Translations under genes and position numbers: made by a program | The notes under the pieces: generated by a model | What the model saw: only the letters and a program-made list of their open reading frames with translations | Database searches by the model: none | What the model was told of the DNA's origin: nothing | NCBI GenBank assembly: GCA_002104905.1 | Contig: MCFE01000036.1 | Coordinates: 1-64,000 of the forward strand | Reading direction: 5' to 3' | Source: Basidiobolus meristosporus CBS 931.73 | Lineage: Eukaryota > Fungi > Basidiobolomycota | Length of the DNA: 64,000 nucleotides | In this document: positions 24,993 through 36,664 of the stretch, piece by piece | How the letters are laid out: each line of letters starts with the position of its first letter | Numbering within the stretch: position 1 is the stretch's first letter

Positions 24993-26180
24993 CTAGATGG
25001 TTATCTTTGCCTTGAGACAGGCGTTCAGATTCACGTTGGCAATCCCTATAAGCTTGGCATTGGCTATCAATGTGGAACATCCGGACTTGTTCGACAACGG
25101 TGGCGAATATGGGCCGGAATTCCTAGCACCAATGCAAATGTTGGCGCTGACCTTGATACCTATTAATTTGACTTTGGCAACGACGTCTTGACAAGTAGGG
25201 TTGGTACCACTACCACCGCCACTATCGTAGCTAGAGCCTCCGGTAGAACCACCACTGCCACTGTGGTAACCAGAACTTCCAGTAGAGCCACCACTGCCAT
25301 TGTCGCAGCCTGTGCTACCACTATTGCCGCGATCGTAGCCAGAGCCTCCAGTAGAGCCACCACTACCACTGTCGTAGTCTGTGCTGCCGTCACTGCCGCT
25401 GTCATAATTAGAACCTACAGTAGAGCCACCACTACCACTGTCGTAGCCTGCGCTACCACTACTACCGCTGTCATAACCAGAACCTCCAGTAGAGCCACCA
25501 CTACCACTGTCGTAGCCGTCACTGCCGCTGTCATAATTAGAACCTTCCGTAGAGCCACCACTACCATTGTCATAGCTAGAATTTCCACTAGAACCGCTGC
25601 TGCCATTATCATAACTGGTACTGTTGCCACTAACACTAACACTGCCATAGCCAGTGCTTCCAATAGAGCCACCACTGCCGCTGTCGTAGCCAGAACCTCC
25701 AGTAGAGCCACTGCTACCGCTGTCATAGCCAGAGCCACCGATAGAGCCACCACTGCCGCTGTCGTAACTAGAGCCTCCGCTAGAGCTACTGCTACCAATA
25801 TTATAGCTTGTACCGCTGTCATATCCGCCACTATTATCAAAGCTAGTATTGCTGCTGCTTCCACCTCCTGTAGAGGTACTATTATATTGACTTCCAGTTC
25901 CAGCTGTAGTGCATATTTCGGGATTTACTTCGATACATATTGCTTTTGCTGCTCGCACCAGATCATTGCAGCTTAATTTGTTAACATCCTTGTACTTGGA
26001 TGGTACCGATTTGGAATTCCCAGTGCATACGTTTGATTGGAGACCAGCACCCAATGTGTTCAATTTGGCTACCAGGCAATCACAATAATCGGTAGATCCA
26101 CTTCCACCTGAGCCATACATAGGAGCGGCAGCCACCTGGGAGATGATAGTAAGACAGAGAAGCGAGAATGAGAGCTTCAT
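24993..26180 (-). CDS. Secreted Cys-module repeat protein A1 (395 aa): 2 modules + Gly/Ser/Tyr/Asp 13-aa repeats + 2 modules
   Basis: Signal peptide MKLSFSLLCLTIISQVAAA from ATG 26180. Core repeats of 'YDSGSGGSTGGSG'. C-x18-C modules at both ends. Confidence 0.85.
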   Translation of the reverse strand: MKLSFSLLCLTIISQVAAAPMYGSGGSGSTDYCDCLVAKLNTLGAGLQSNVCTGNSKSVPSKYKDVNKLSCNDLVRAAKAICIEVNPEICTTAGTGSQYNSTSTGGGSSSNTSFDNSGGYDSGTSYNIGSSSSSGGSSYDSGSGGSIGGSGYDSGSSGSTGGSGYDSGSGGSIGSTGYGSVSVSGNSTSYDNGSSGSSGNSSYDNGSGGSTEGSNYDSGSDGYDSGSGGSTGGSGYDSGSSGSAGYDSGSGGSTVGSNYDSGSDGSTDYDSGSGGSTGGSGYDRGNSGSTGCDNGSGGSTGSSGYHSGSGGSTGGSSYDSGGGSGTNPTCQDVVAKVKLIGIKVSANICIGARNSGPYSPPLSNKSGCSTLIANAKLIGIANVNLNACLKAKITI

Positions 26181-27312
26181 ATTTTGGATGAACATCAATG
26201 CAAGTAAGTGAGAGAGGATGTGGATAACAGTCAGTGTTGTGTTGTCTTTTATATCCATTTCAACTGAAATGCGGTCTAGCAGCAATGTATTCCCCATAGA
26301 AGCGGGAAATTAAACGGTGTACTTGGGGTGCAGTTAGTGATGATTTACTCTACGGCGAGAATCTTTAGCCTAAGCTAAGTCAGAACTGAATAACGGGACC
26401 ACGGGCCGGATCAAGTGCCGTTGAGTCCATGTTTATATTCGGCCACTGGACTAGCCAATAGGAAACTAGTTATAAGGGGTTGTGTGAAAGGAATAGGTCT
26501 AAAATATAATTAGAATGTCGCTCGTGAAATATTGTTTGGGAGTAGCATGTTCATTCAGTTGAATACAAATCGTATTTTATCTCGAAAAGTGTCAAATGAA
26601 CTTCCTGGTGAATCGCTAAGAATATGATTTTAGTTGGCTTGGTATTTTACGCTAACCAAATGCATGCTATAAATCATTATTTGTATGGGCTCATTTATCA
26701 CAATTGACCTGGGTTCAGGATAGTGGAGCATTCACATTTATTTGCCGATCCAATTTCCAGGAGTACCTAATCTTTGATACCCCATTGCGGCTTTAATTAT
26801 AGCTCGCATTAGACCACTAGCTGATTTTCAAAGATCTATTTGTATTTATTCCTAGCAGATTGGCTTGCTGGGATTCAAATCTAACTAAACACATGACAGG
26901 AGGAGGGTAGATGGTACATAGCAGTTTTAACCATCCCAGATACTTCTTGTATTGCTGGTGCTGCACTCAAGTATGAAACGGAGTAATACAAACCATCCGG
27001 TAAGTGCATCTTGCCTCAGTCCTATGACTTGTATGTCACAAAATGCACCTAGAGGAAAGCCTGATTAGCATTCTTGAACTTGACCATCGTAGGGTGGACT
27101 CATATTAATTACCGGGCAAAGAATAGTTTATTTGCCAAAGTATATATAATCCAGTTACATGATGCTTTGGTCACCACGGGTCTCCAAAAAATATAGAAAA
27201 GAATAGACCGGATGGCTAGTGTCGATCCATGTATCGACCTATTAGAATATGGCGGTAATGGGATTGTTCTTCACTTACATCAAGCATTGTCTCCGCTATG
27301 CAATACGAAGGT

Positions 27313-28245
27313 TTAAATGGTGATATTTGCCTTGAGGCAGACCGTCAAACTAACATTGGTGATCCCTATTAGCTTGGCATTGGCAATCAAAGTGGGACAT
27401 CCAGGCTTGTTCGACAACACTGCTGCATGTGGGTCAGAATTTTTAGCTTTTGTACAAAGACCAGCGTTGACCTTTACGCCTAGTGATTTGATTTTAGCAA
27501 GAACATCCTGACAGGTAGGGTTGCCGTTACTACTGTTTTGACCGTCGTTGCTTCCATTATAGCTGCCATTTCCCGAAGAACCTCCAGATGTGCCATCTGT
27601 TGTATTGCCATTGTAGGGGTTAACTGTGGGCGAAGGTCTAGCATATGAGTCGTCGAGAGGTGTAGGGCTGATGTAAGAATCCGCTGGTGGTGTAGGACTA
27701 GTGTATGAGTCTACTGGGGGTGTGGGGTTGTCGTGCAAATCTGCCTGAGATGTGGGACTATTGTGGGAGTCAACTGGGGTTGTAAGGCTATGATGTGAAT
27801 CAGCTGATGGTGTAGGATTGACGTATGAGTCATCCGGAGTTGTAGGGCTTGGGTATGAGTCTAAAGAAGGTGTAGGGCTGGCATAGGAGTCAACTGGGGT
27901 TGTAGGGCTAGCGTAAGAGTCTTCGGGAGATGTGGAACCTGGGTGCGTATCTTCGTGACCTCCACCATTGTGAGTGCATAATCCAGCCTTTACTTTGATG
28001 TCCAATGCCGTTGCAGCTAACACTAAGTCATTGCAACTAAGTTTGGTAACATCCTTGTACTTGGGTGGTGCCGGTTTGGAATTCTTGGCGCACACCTTTA
28101 TGTTCAGACCTGCCCCCAATGCGTTCAGTTGGGTTACCAACCCATCACAATAGCTGGTCGTTCCACTTCTGCCTGGCTCATAGATAGGAGCAGCAACTAC
28201 CTGAGAGATGACGGCAAGAGAAAGCAGCGATGTTGAAAGCTTCAT
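27313..28245 (-). CDS. Secreted Cys-module repeat protein A2 (310 aa): Ser/Thr/Pro 10-aa repeats (DSYxSPTxPx)
   Basis: Signal peptide MKLSTSLLSLAVISQVVAA, four C-x18/19-C modules and a 30-bp repeat core. Confidence 0.85.
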   Translation of the reverse strand: MKLSTSLLSLAVISQVVAAPIYEPGRSGTTSYCDGLVTQLNALGAGLNIKVCAKNSKPAPPKYKDVTKLSCNDLVLAATALDIKVKAGLCTHNGGGHEDTHPGSTSPEDSYASPTTPVDSYASPTPSLDSYPSPTTPDDSYVNPTPSADSHHSLTTPVDSHNSPTSQADLHDNPTPPVDSYTSPTPPADSYISPTPLDDSYARPSPTVNPYNGNTTDGTSGGSSGNGSYNGSNDGQNSSNGNPTCQDVLAKIKSLGVKVNAGLCTKAKNSDPHAAVLSNKPGCPTLIANAKLIGITNVSLTVCLKANITI

Positions 28246-29058
28246 ATTGAAGATGGGCAGATCAGTAAGTGAATAACTTGATTTAATGTGATAAGATTTG
28301 TTGATAACTAATAGACTTAAATATTGCTAGGCCACCCAAAGCTTGTCTTGGTCTAATATTTCACCCATTCCAAGGCTATATTAGAAGGGAGGATGGGGTG
28401 GTTGGAATCACTCCTATATAATTAAGCTGATTGGATATACTAAGACAAGTGACTCGTTAATCACCCATGAATCTTTGTTTACAGTGAGCGTAGGGAGATC
28501 CCAGGGCTATAAATGATAATTGTACCTGGATTAGAACGTAACACGAACCTGCCAATTCAGTAAGGATTAGAGTTGCACTTTTTCGCCTGAATCATACTGA
28601 ATTCAACAGCCCTTAGATAGAAATGCTAAAATGGAGACCAATAGACTCGATGTATAATAGGCGTTTATTTTGAGTAACGAGCCTCCTTTGCAAACATACT
28701 ATCTTTTTTGTGAACTCTCCCGGTAGCTTACAATTCAGTAGCTCGAGGAAATTACCGGGCAGATTAGCATTCATTTCAGTTGACGAAAATAATTATATAT
28801 TTGCGAAGGCATTGTTGATAAAGTAGACTGCTTAGAGAGCAGCAATGGTACAAATAGTATGATTATTCAATAAGCGTGGTACGGTGTTTATTAGCATAGC
28901 AAAATAAAATATGAGCGATCTCGCTGAGTTCTTATAGGAATGTCGCCAGGACATTGCACTCTTGAAAAGCATGCTGTTGGGGTTGAAGTACGCATAATCG
29001 TGTATCATGACAAATCCAATAGGATAAACTAGCAAGCGATGGATGCGCAGGCCACTCC

Positions 29059-29754
29059 TTATACATTGACCTTTGCCTTGAGACAGGCAGCCAAGTCCAC
29101 ATTGACAATTCCCAGAAGCTTGGCATTGGCCACCAAAGTTGGGCATCCACTTTTGCCTGATAACACTGGAGCATGGGAGCCATGTTTATTGGCACTCGTA
29201 CATACACCGGCATCAACCTTGATACCAAGCAGCTTGACTTTGGCAAGAATGTCTTGACAAGTAGGGCTTGACCCAGTTCCACCTTAGCCACCATTGCTGT
29301 CGTATGGCTCGGCTGGAGGGGAAGGGCCGGAGTAAGGATCTCTCGGAGGCGGAGGATTGGCGTATGGATCCTGTGGCGGTGTAGGGTCGGCATACGGATC
29401 ATTTGGTGGTGCAGGGTTGCCGTATGGATCTTCTGGCGGTGTAGGATTTGTATGGGAGCTTCCTTGGCCTCTATCATCAGCTGTACACAGTCCAGCCTTT
29501 ACTTTGATGCCCAATGCTTGCGCAGCTACTACCAGATCATTGCAGCTCAACTTGGCAATGTCTTTGTACTTGGGTGGTGCTGGCTCGGACTTCCCAGTGC
29601 ACACCTTTGCATTGAGTCCAGCACCCAGTGCATTCAGTTGGACTACCAGCCCATCGCAATAGCTAGCGGATCCGCTTCCGCCTGACCCATAGATAGGAGC
29701 CGCAGCCACCTGAGAGACGATGGCAAGAGAAAGCAGCGATGTTGAAAGCTTCAT
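29059..29754 (-). pseudogene. Cys-module protein A3 with premature TAA (29284-29286); the frame continues to the normal stop at 29059
   Basis: Reads GGC TAA GGT where paralogues have GGC CAA GGT (Gln). The 75 downstream codons remain in frame and intact. Confidence 0.85.
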
Positions 29755-30484
29755 ATTGAGGATGTGTAGGTCAGCAAGTGAATAGCCTGAATAAGGATGA
29801 TAAGATTTGTTGGTAACTAATGGGCTTAAATAGCTAGACTACCCAAAGCTTGTCTCGGTCTAATATTTCACCCATAACACGGCTAAATTAGAAGGGAGGA
29901 AGAGATGGATAAATCATTTGGTTTAGTTAAGCTAGTCAGATCTGTAGTAGTAGATGGCTTATCAAATGTGAATGAATCTTTGTTTTTAGCGAATACAAGG
30001 ACAGTAATCATAACAAGTCCCTGGATTTAATCGATAGCATACCAATTCAGGGCCCTGGAAGCTTATTTATTGAGTTGTTTAGTATTGGATTCAAGTCTGC
30101 GCTTCTAACAAATAGGAATGTAGTAGCATATATAATGGAATGATTCACACACAGTTGGCCTGCCCATAGGTAGAGTTGCACCATGTTGATGATAGGGTAT
30201 TTCCAAAATCTCACTATTTTCATCAATTAACACGTTAATTGTGACCTAAGCATAGTTCGTATATTGGACTTAGCACACGTGGTCTATTTATAAGCATGGA
30301 AGAATGTTTATTGATCAGGTGTGACAAGTAGAAGGCTCTTGCGTTGTCAAATTAAGGATATCACCAGGACATCTGTATACAAAGAAAATGTGCATTTGGA
30401 ATTGGCGTACATATTGTCATACAGCAAGAAATTTCGCTTAGAATGAAGAAGTATATGTCATGGCTTAACACAAGGGCGTCATTT

Positions 30485-31210
30485 CTATACATTTACCTTT
30501 GCTTTGAGGCAGGCAGCCAAGCTCACATTGACAATTCCCAGCAGCTTGGCATTGGCCACCAAAGTTGGGCATCCACTTTTGCCTGATAACACTGGAGCAT
30601 GGGAGCCATGTTTATTGGCACTCGTACATACACCGGCATCAACCTTGATACCAAGCAGCTTGACTTTGGCAAGAATGTCTTGACAAGTAGGACTTGACCC
30701 AGTTCCACCTTGGCCGCCATTGCTGTCGTATGGGTCGACAGGAGTCTCGGGGCTAGTGTATGGTTCAACTGGAGGGGAAGGGTTGGAGTAAGGATCTCTC
30801 GGAGGCGGAGGATTGACGTATGGATCCTTTGGCGGTGTGGGGTCGGCATACGGATCATTTGGTGGTGCAGGGTTGCCGTATGGATCCTTTGGCGGTGTAG
30901 GATTTGTATGGGAGCTTCCTTGGCCTCTATCATCAGCTGTACACAGTCCAGCCTTTACTTTGATGCCCAATGCTTGCGCAGCTACTACCAGATCATTGCA
31001 GCTCAACTTGGCAATGTCTTTGTACTTGGGTGGTGCTGGCTCGGACTTCCCAGTGCACACCTTTGCATCGAGTCCAGCACCCAGTGCATTCAGTTGGACT
31101 ACCAGCCCATCGCAATAGCTAGCGGATCCACTTCCGCCTGACCCATAGGTAGGAGCCGCAGCCACCTGAGAGGCGATGGAAAGAAAAAGCAGTGATGTTG
31201 AAAGCTTCAT
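30485..31210 (-). CDS. Secreted Cys-module repeat protein A4 (241 aa): Pro-rich DPYxNPxPP repeats
   Basis: ATG 31210 gives a signal peptide, 8 Cys in four modules, and a 10-aa repeat core. Confidence 0.85.
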   Translation of the reverse strand: MKLSTSLLFLSIASQVAAAPTYGSGGSGSASYCDGLVVQLNALGAGLDAKVCTGKSEPAPPKYKDIAKLSCNDLVVAAQALGIKVKAGLCTADDRGQGSSHTNPTPPKDPYGNPAPPNDPYADPTPPKDPYVNPPPPRDPYSNPSPPVEPYTSPETPVDPYDSNGGQGGTGSSPTCQDILAKVKLLGIKVDAGVCTSANKHGSHAPVLSGKSGCPTLVANAKLLGIVNVSLAACLKAKVNV

Positions 31211-32019
31211 ATTGAGGATGTGCAGGCCAGTAAGTGAATAGCTTGAATAAGGATGATAAGATTTGCTGGCAACTAATGAACTTATATAGCTAGACCTCCC
31301 CACACTTGTCTCAGTCTAATATTTCACCCATACCACGACTATATTAGAAGGGAGGATGGGATGGCCAGAATCATTTGGTATAATTGAGATCGGATATACT
31401 AAGGCAAGTGACTCGGTAATTATCTGTGGATCTTTGTTTACAGTGAACCTAAGGGGATCCCAGGGCTATTAACGATAATTTCCCCCAGATTAGAACGTTA
31501 TACGCATCAACCAGCGCTATATGTTCAACAAGTATTGCAGATACGCTTTTTCGCCACAAATCATGCGTGGCTTAGCAGCTCCGAGTTAGAATAGCTAAAA
31601 TGTAAGCCTAAAGGCTGAACATAGACTTTGCGTTTATTTAGCAAGCAAAGTATTTTTTTCGTGAACTTTTCCATTAGACCACCATATGGTGACTGCAGAG
31701 AATGACCAACAAAAATGGTACTCATTTTAGCCCATGGTGATGGTCAATTATTTACGAATACACTGCCGATAAGGTAGACTGTTCAGAAAACCGCAATGAT
31801 GTAAATGGTGTGATTATTCAAAAAGCGTGGTGCAGTATTTATTGGCTAAGTGGAATAAATATCCGAATGTTCCCGCTGTACTCTTACAGGAATGTCACCA
31901 GGACATTGCACTCTTGAAAAGCATGCTGTTGGGGTTGAAGTACACATAATCGTGTATTATGACAAATCGAAATAATAAACTAACAAGCGATGGATGCGCA
32001 GGCCACAACCGGCCCCTCC

Positions 32020-32715
32020 CTATACATTGACCTTTGCCTTGAGACAGGCAGCCAAGTCCACATTGACAATTCCCAGAAGCTTGGCATTGGCCACCAAAGT
32101 TGGGCATCCACTTTTGCCTGATAACACTGGAGCATGGGAGCCATGTTTATTGGCACTCGCACATACACCGGCATCAACCTTGATACCAAGCAGCTTGACT
32201 TTGGCAAGAACGTCTTGACAAGTAGGACTTGACCCAGTTCCACCTTGGCCGCCATTGCTGTCGTATGGGCCGACAGGAGTCTTGGGGCTAGTGTATGGCT
32301 CGACTGGAGGGGAAGAGCCGGAGTAAGGATCTTTCGGAGGCGGAGGATTGGCGTATGGATCCTGTGGCGGTGTAGGGTCGGCATACGGATCATTTGGTGG
32401 TGTGGGATCTGTATAGGAGCTTCCTTGACCTCTATCATCAGTTGTACACAGTCCAGCCTTTACTTTGATGCCCAATGCCTGCACAGCTACTACCATTTCG
32501 TTACAGCTCAACTTGGCAACGTCTCTGTACTTGGGTGGTGCCGGCTCAGACTTTCCAGTGCACACCTTTGCATTGAGTCCAGCACCCAATGCATTCAGTT
32601 GGACTACCAGCCCATCGCAATAGCTAGCGGATCCACTTCCGCCTGAAGCGTAGATAGGAGCCGCAGTCGCCTGAGAAATGATCGCGAGTGAGAGTGCTGA
32701 GAATGAAAGCTTCAT
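32020..32715 (-). CDS. Secreted Cys-module repeat protein A5 (231 aa)
   Basis: Same layout as A4. TATATAA at 32793-32787 on the minus strand. Confidence 0.85.
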   Translation of the reverse strand: MKLSFSALSLAIISQATAAPIYASGGSGSASYCDGLVVQLNALGAGLNAKVCTGKSEPAPPKYRDVAKLSCNEMVVAVQALGIKVKAGLCTTDDRGQGSSYTDPTPPNDPYADPTPPQDPYANPPPPKDPYSGSSPPVEPYTSPKTPVGPYDSNGGQGGTGSSPTCQDVLAKVKLLGIKVDAGVCASANKHGSHAPVLSGKSGCPTLVANAKLLGIVNVDLAACLKAKVNV

Positions 32716-32786
32716 ATTGTGAATGGGCAGGCCAGCAAGTGAGCAACTTGATTAAGGATGAGAGTAGTTGCTGGTGACCAATGAGC

Positions 32787-32793
32787 TTATATA
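32787..32793 (-). promoter_or_regulatory. TATA box ~75 nt upstream of A5; equivalent elements lie upstream of A2, A3, A4, A6 and A7
   Basis: Minus strand reads gcagcTATATAAgctc. A4 and A7 also have TATATAA, while A2, A3 and A6 have TATTTAA at the homologous position. Confidence 0.5.
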
Positions 32794-34522
32794 GCTGCGC
32801 AACTCGATGTCTGTCTCGCTCTAATTTTTAGCTCATGCTGAGGTGAACCCGCATGGCAAATGTCGAGCACGGATGACAGTTTCAAATGACCGGATACATT
32901 ATGTTAGATTGCTCAGTGATCCCCTAGCAATTAAACAGCTATCCCCCATGCATCATTGTTTGTATTGTACCCAAGAAGTAATGATTAGGACTTGATTAAT
33001 CTAGATCTGATCTGCACGGATTCATTGCCATTTCACTAACCCAAATAGAGTGAGCGGCATCTGCACACCAGTAAACTAGTGTTCACAATCATTCATTACG
33101 ATCGGGGAAAGAGCTATTACGCTAATGCATCTACGTAGAGTTCTTCAATCCTAACGTGTACACTCATACCCACCCCTTGAACACAATTTGGAAGAAGTTT
33201 GCCAGGGGGCTATGAGCTAGTGAGCCCACAATGCAACGAATTATGACCACACACCGAGTGCTTTGCTATCCCTGATATACCTACCGAGTGTTTTCGTTAC
33301 AATACTAACTCCATAAATCTTGTCACTTGCTTCCACTATGTCAAGGTCAATGTTTCATCAAACCTTGAGATATCCATTGAAGAGGTAGATTTGTTTTCTT
33401 GTGATTAGCTCTCGAGATGTCAGCAAACAAATAGCATTGCCTTGACTTCTGTGATGATAGTTGAGGCGTATTACTTGACCCACTGTGGAGATGACACATT
33501 CGGATATTCAAGCCACAGAGATCACTTTGAAATTGATGATAATTTGCGAAATATTTGAATCGCGGTTATTTCTCAACTATACAATTATAGTGTTATTGTG
33601 GCCTGCTATCATATACCAGCCAGATTAGTAAATAAACGTGGTATGTAACATCCTGTGACTCTGGATTAGATTGCGATCTTGACTTGAATTAGATAGCAAA
33701 TCTTTTCAAAAGATATATTCAGCTTTGCCGTGATTACAATAGACCCCATTATTGGGATTATTATCACTGCTCTTAAATGTTAAAACGATTCTTCGAAACC
33801 ACCCATCGACGCATACATAGCACCATTAAACATGAATGTCAATAGGACACTAATCAAAATGACCAAAATAAAATTCAATTTATTGGTCGAAGCATATATA
33901 ATTCTGCTATATGCTACTACGGCCTTCACAAATCATTCATTTATAAGCAGCAAAGATTAGATCCAACTAATTCGAGATTTGCAATATGCAAGCACTCGGA
34001 ATCGCCGAGTGATGGTAACGGACTTTACCCTACTTGATTTTTTCTTTTCGCCTGAATCATACTGAATTCAACAGCCCTTAGATAGAAATGCTAAAATAGA
34101 GGCCAATAGACTCAATGTATACTAGGCGTTTATTTTGAGTGACGAGCCTGCTTTGCAAACATACTATCTTTTTTGTGAACCCTCCCGGTAGTTTACAACT
34201 CGGCAACTTGAAGAAATTATCGAGCAGATTAGCATTCATTTTATTTGACCAAAATAATTAGATATTTGCGAAGGCATTGTTGATAAAGTAGACTGCTTAG
34301 AGAGCAGCAATGGTACAAATAGTATGATTATTCAATAAGCGTGGTGCGGTGTTTACTAGCCAAGTGTAATAAAATCCGAATGTTTTCGCTGAGTTCCTAT
34401 AGGAATGTCACCAGGACATTGAATTCTAGGAAAGTATGCTGTTGGGGTTGAAGTACGCATAATCGGGTATCATGACAAATCGAAAGGATAAACTTGCAAG
34501 AGATGAATGAACCGGCCCCTCC

Positions 34523-35242
34523 CTATACATTGACCTTTGCCTTAAGGCAGGCAGCCAAGTCCACATTGACAATTCCCAGAAGCTTGGCATTGGCCACCAG
34601 AGTTGGACATCCACTTTTGCCTGATAACACTGGAGCATGGGAGCCATGTTTATTGGCACTCGCACATACACCGGCATCAACCTTGATACCAAGCAGCTTG
34701 ACTTTGGCAAGAACGTCTTGACAAGTAGGACTTGACCCAGTTCCACCTTGGCCGCCATTGCTGTCGTATGGGTCGACAGGAGTCTCGGGGCTAGTGTATG
34801 GTTCAACTGGAGGGGAAGGGCCGGAGTAAGGATCCTTCGGAGGCGGAGCATTGGCATACGGATCCTTTGGCGGTGTAGGGTTGGCATACGAATCATTTGG
34901 TGGTGCAGGGCTGGCATGTGGATCCTCAGGTTGTGTGGGATTTGTATAGGAGCCTTCTTTATCATTAGCTTTGCACAGCCCAGCATTTACGTTGATGCCC
35001 AATGCCTGTACGGCTACTACCAGATTATTGCAGCTCAACTTGTCAGCATCTTTATATTTGGATGGTGCCGATTCGGACTTTCCAGTGCACACCTTTGCAT
35101 TGAGTCCAGCTCCCAGTGCATTCAGTTGGACTACTAGCCCATCACAATAGCTGATCGATCCATTTCCGCCTGATCCATAGATAGGAGCGGCAGCCACCTG
35201 AGAAATAACGGCAAGTAAGAGCACTGGGAATGAAATTTTCAT
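34523..35242 (-). CDS. Secreted Cys-module repeat protein A6 (239 aa)
   Basis: Signal peptide MKISFPVLLLAVISQVAAA, four modules and a Pro/Tyr core. Confidence 0.85.
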   Translation of the reverse strand: MKISFPVLLLAVISQVAAAPIYGSGGNGSISYCDGLVVQLNALGAGLNAKVCTGKSESAPSKYKDADKLSCNNLVVAVQALGINVNAGLCKANDKEGSYTNPTQPEDPHASPAPPNDSYANPTPPKDPYANAPPPKDPYSGPSPPVEPYTSPETPVDPYDSNGGQGGTGSSPTCQDVLAKVKLLGIKVDAGVCASANKHGSHAPVLSGKSGCPTLVANAKLLGIVNVDLAACLKAKVNV

Positions 35243-35968
35243 ATCGTAGTTAGGCAGACCAGCAAGTGAATAGCTTGAATAAGGATGATAAGATTTGTTG
35301 GTAACTAATGGGCTTAAATAGCTAGACTACCCAAAGCTTGTCTCGGTCTAATATTTCACCCATAACACGGCTACATTACAAGGGAAGAAGAGATGGGTAA
35401 AGCATTTGGTATAGTTAAGCTAGTCAGATATGCAGTAGTGGATGGCTTATCAAATGTGAATGAATCTTTGTTTGTAGCTAATATAAGGATAGTAGTGGTA
35501 ATGAATCCCTGGATTTAATCGATAGCATATCAATTCAGGGCCCTAGAAACTTATTGATAGAGTGGTTTAGTGTTGGATTCAAACCTGTGCTTTTATCAAG
35601 TATGACTATAGTAGCATATATAATGGAATGATTCGCACACAGTTGGCCTGCCCATAGGTAGAGTTGCACTATGATGATGATAGGATATTCCCAAATTGTT
35701 ACTATTTTCGTCAGGTAATCCGTTAGTCGTGTCCTAAGCATAGTATATTGGGCTTTGCACACATGGTCAACTTATAAGCATGGAAGACTGTTTATTGATC
35801 AGGTGTGACAAGTAGAAGGCTCTTGCGTTGTCAAATTAAGGATATCACCAGGACATCTGTATACAAAGAAAATGTGCATTTGGAATTGGCGTACATATTG
35901 TCATACAGCAAGAAATTTCGCTTAGAATGAAGAAGTATATGTCATGGCTTAACACAAGGGCGTCATTC

Positions 35969-36664
35969 CTATATATTTACCTTTGCTTTGAGGCAGGCAG
36001 CCAAGCTCACATTGACAATTCCCAGAAGCTTGGCATTGGCCACCAGAGTTGGACATCCACTTTTGCCTGATAACACTGGAGCATGGGAGCCATGTTTATT
36101 GGCACTCGCACATACACCGGCATCAACCTTGATACCAAGCAGCTTGACTTTGGCAAGAACGTCTTGACAAGTAGGACTTGACCCGGTTCCACCTTGGCCG
36201 CCATTGCTGTCGTATGGGTCGACAGGAGTCTCGGGGCTAGTGTATGGTTCAACTGGAGGGGAAGGGCCGGAGTAAGGATCTTTCGGAGGCGGCGGATTGG
36301 CGTATGGATCTTTTGGTGGTGCGGGGTCGGCATACGGATCATTTGGTGGTGTGGGATCTGTATAGGAGCTTCCTTGACCTCTATCATCAGTTGTACACAG
36401 TCCAGCCTTTACTTTGATGCCCAATGCCTGCGCAGCTACTACCAGATCATTGCAGCTCAACTTTCCAACATCCTTGTACTTGGGCGGTGCCGGTTCAGAC
36501 TTTCCAGTGCACACCTTTGCATTGAGTCCAGCACCCAATGCATTCAGTTGGACTACCAGCCCATCGCAATAGCTAGCGGATCCACTTCCGCCTGAAGCGT
36601 AGATAGGAGCCGCAGTCGCCTGAGAAATGATCGCGAGTGAGAGTACTGAGAATGAAAGCTTCAT
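35969..36664 (-). CDS. Secreted Cys-module repeat protein A7 (231 aa)
   Basis: ATG 36664. Near-identical to A5. Confidence 0.85.
   Translation of the reverse strand: MKLSFSVLSLAIISQATAAPIYASGGSGSASYCDGLVVQLNALGAGLNAKVCTGKSEPAPPKYKDVGKLSCNDLVVAAQALGIKVKAGLCTTDDRGQGSSYTDPTPPNDPYADPAPPKDPYANPPPPKDPYSGPSPPVEPYTSPETPVDPYDSNGGQGGTGSSPTCQDVLAKVKLLGIKVDAGVCASANKHGSHAPVLSGKSGCPTLVANAKLLGIVNVSLAACLKAKVNI

Noticed and set aside
25190-25850. Regularly spaced repeats resembling a CRISPR array
   Set aside because: They are in-frame coding repeats without unique spacers, in a eukaryotic gene, with no cas genes.
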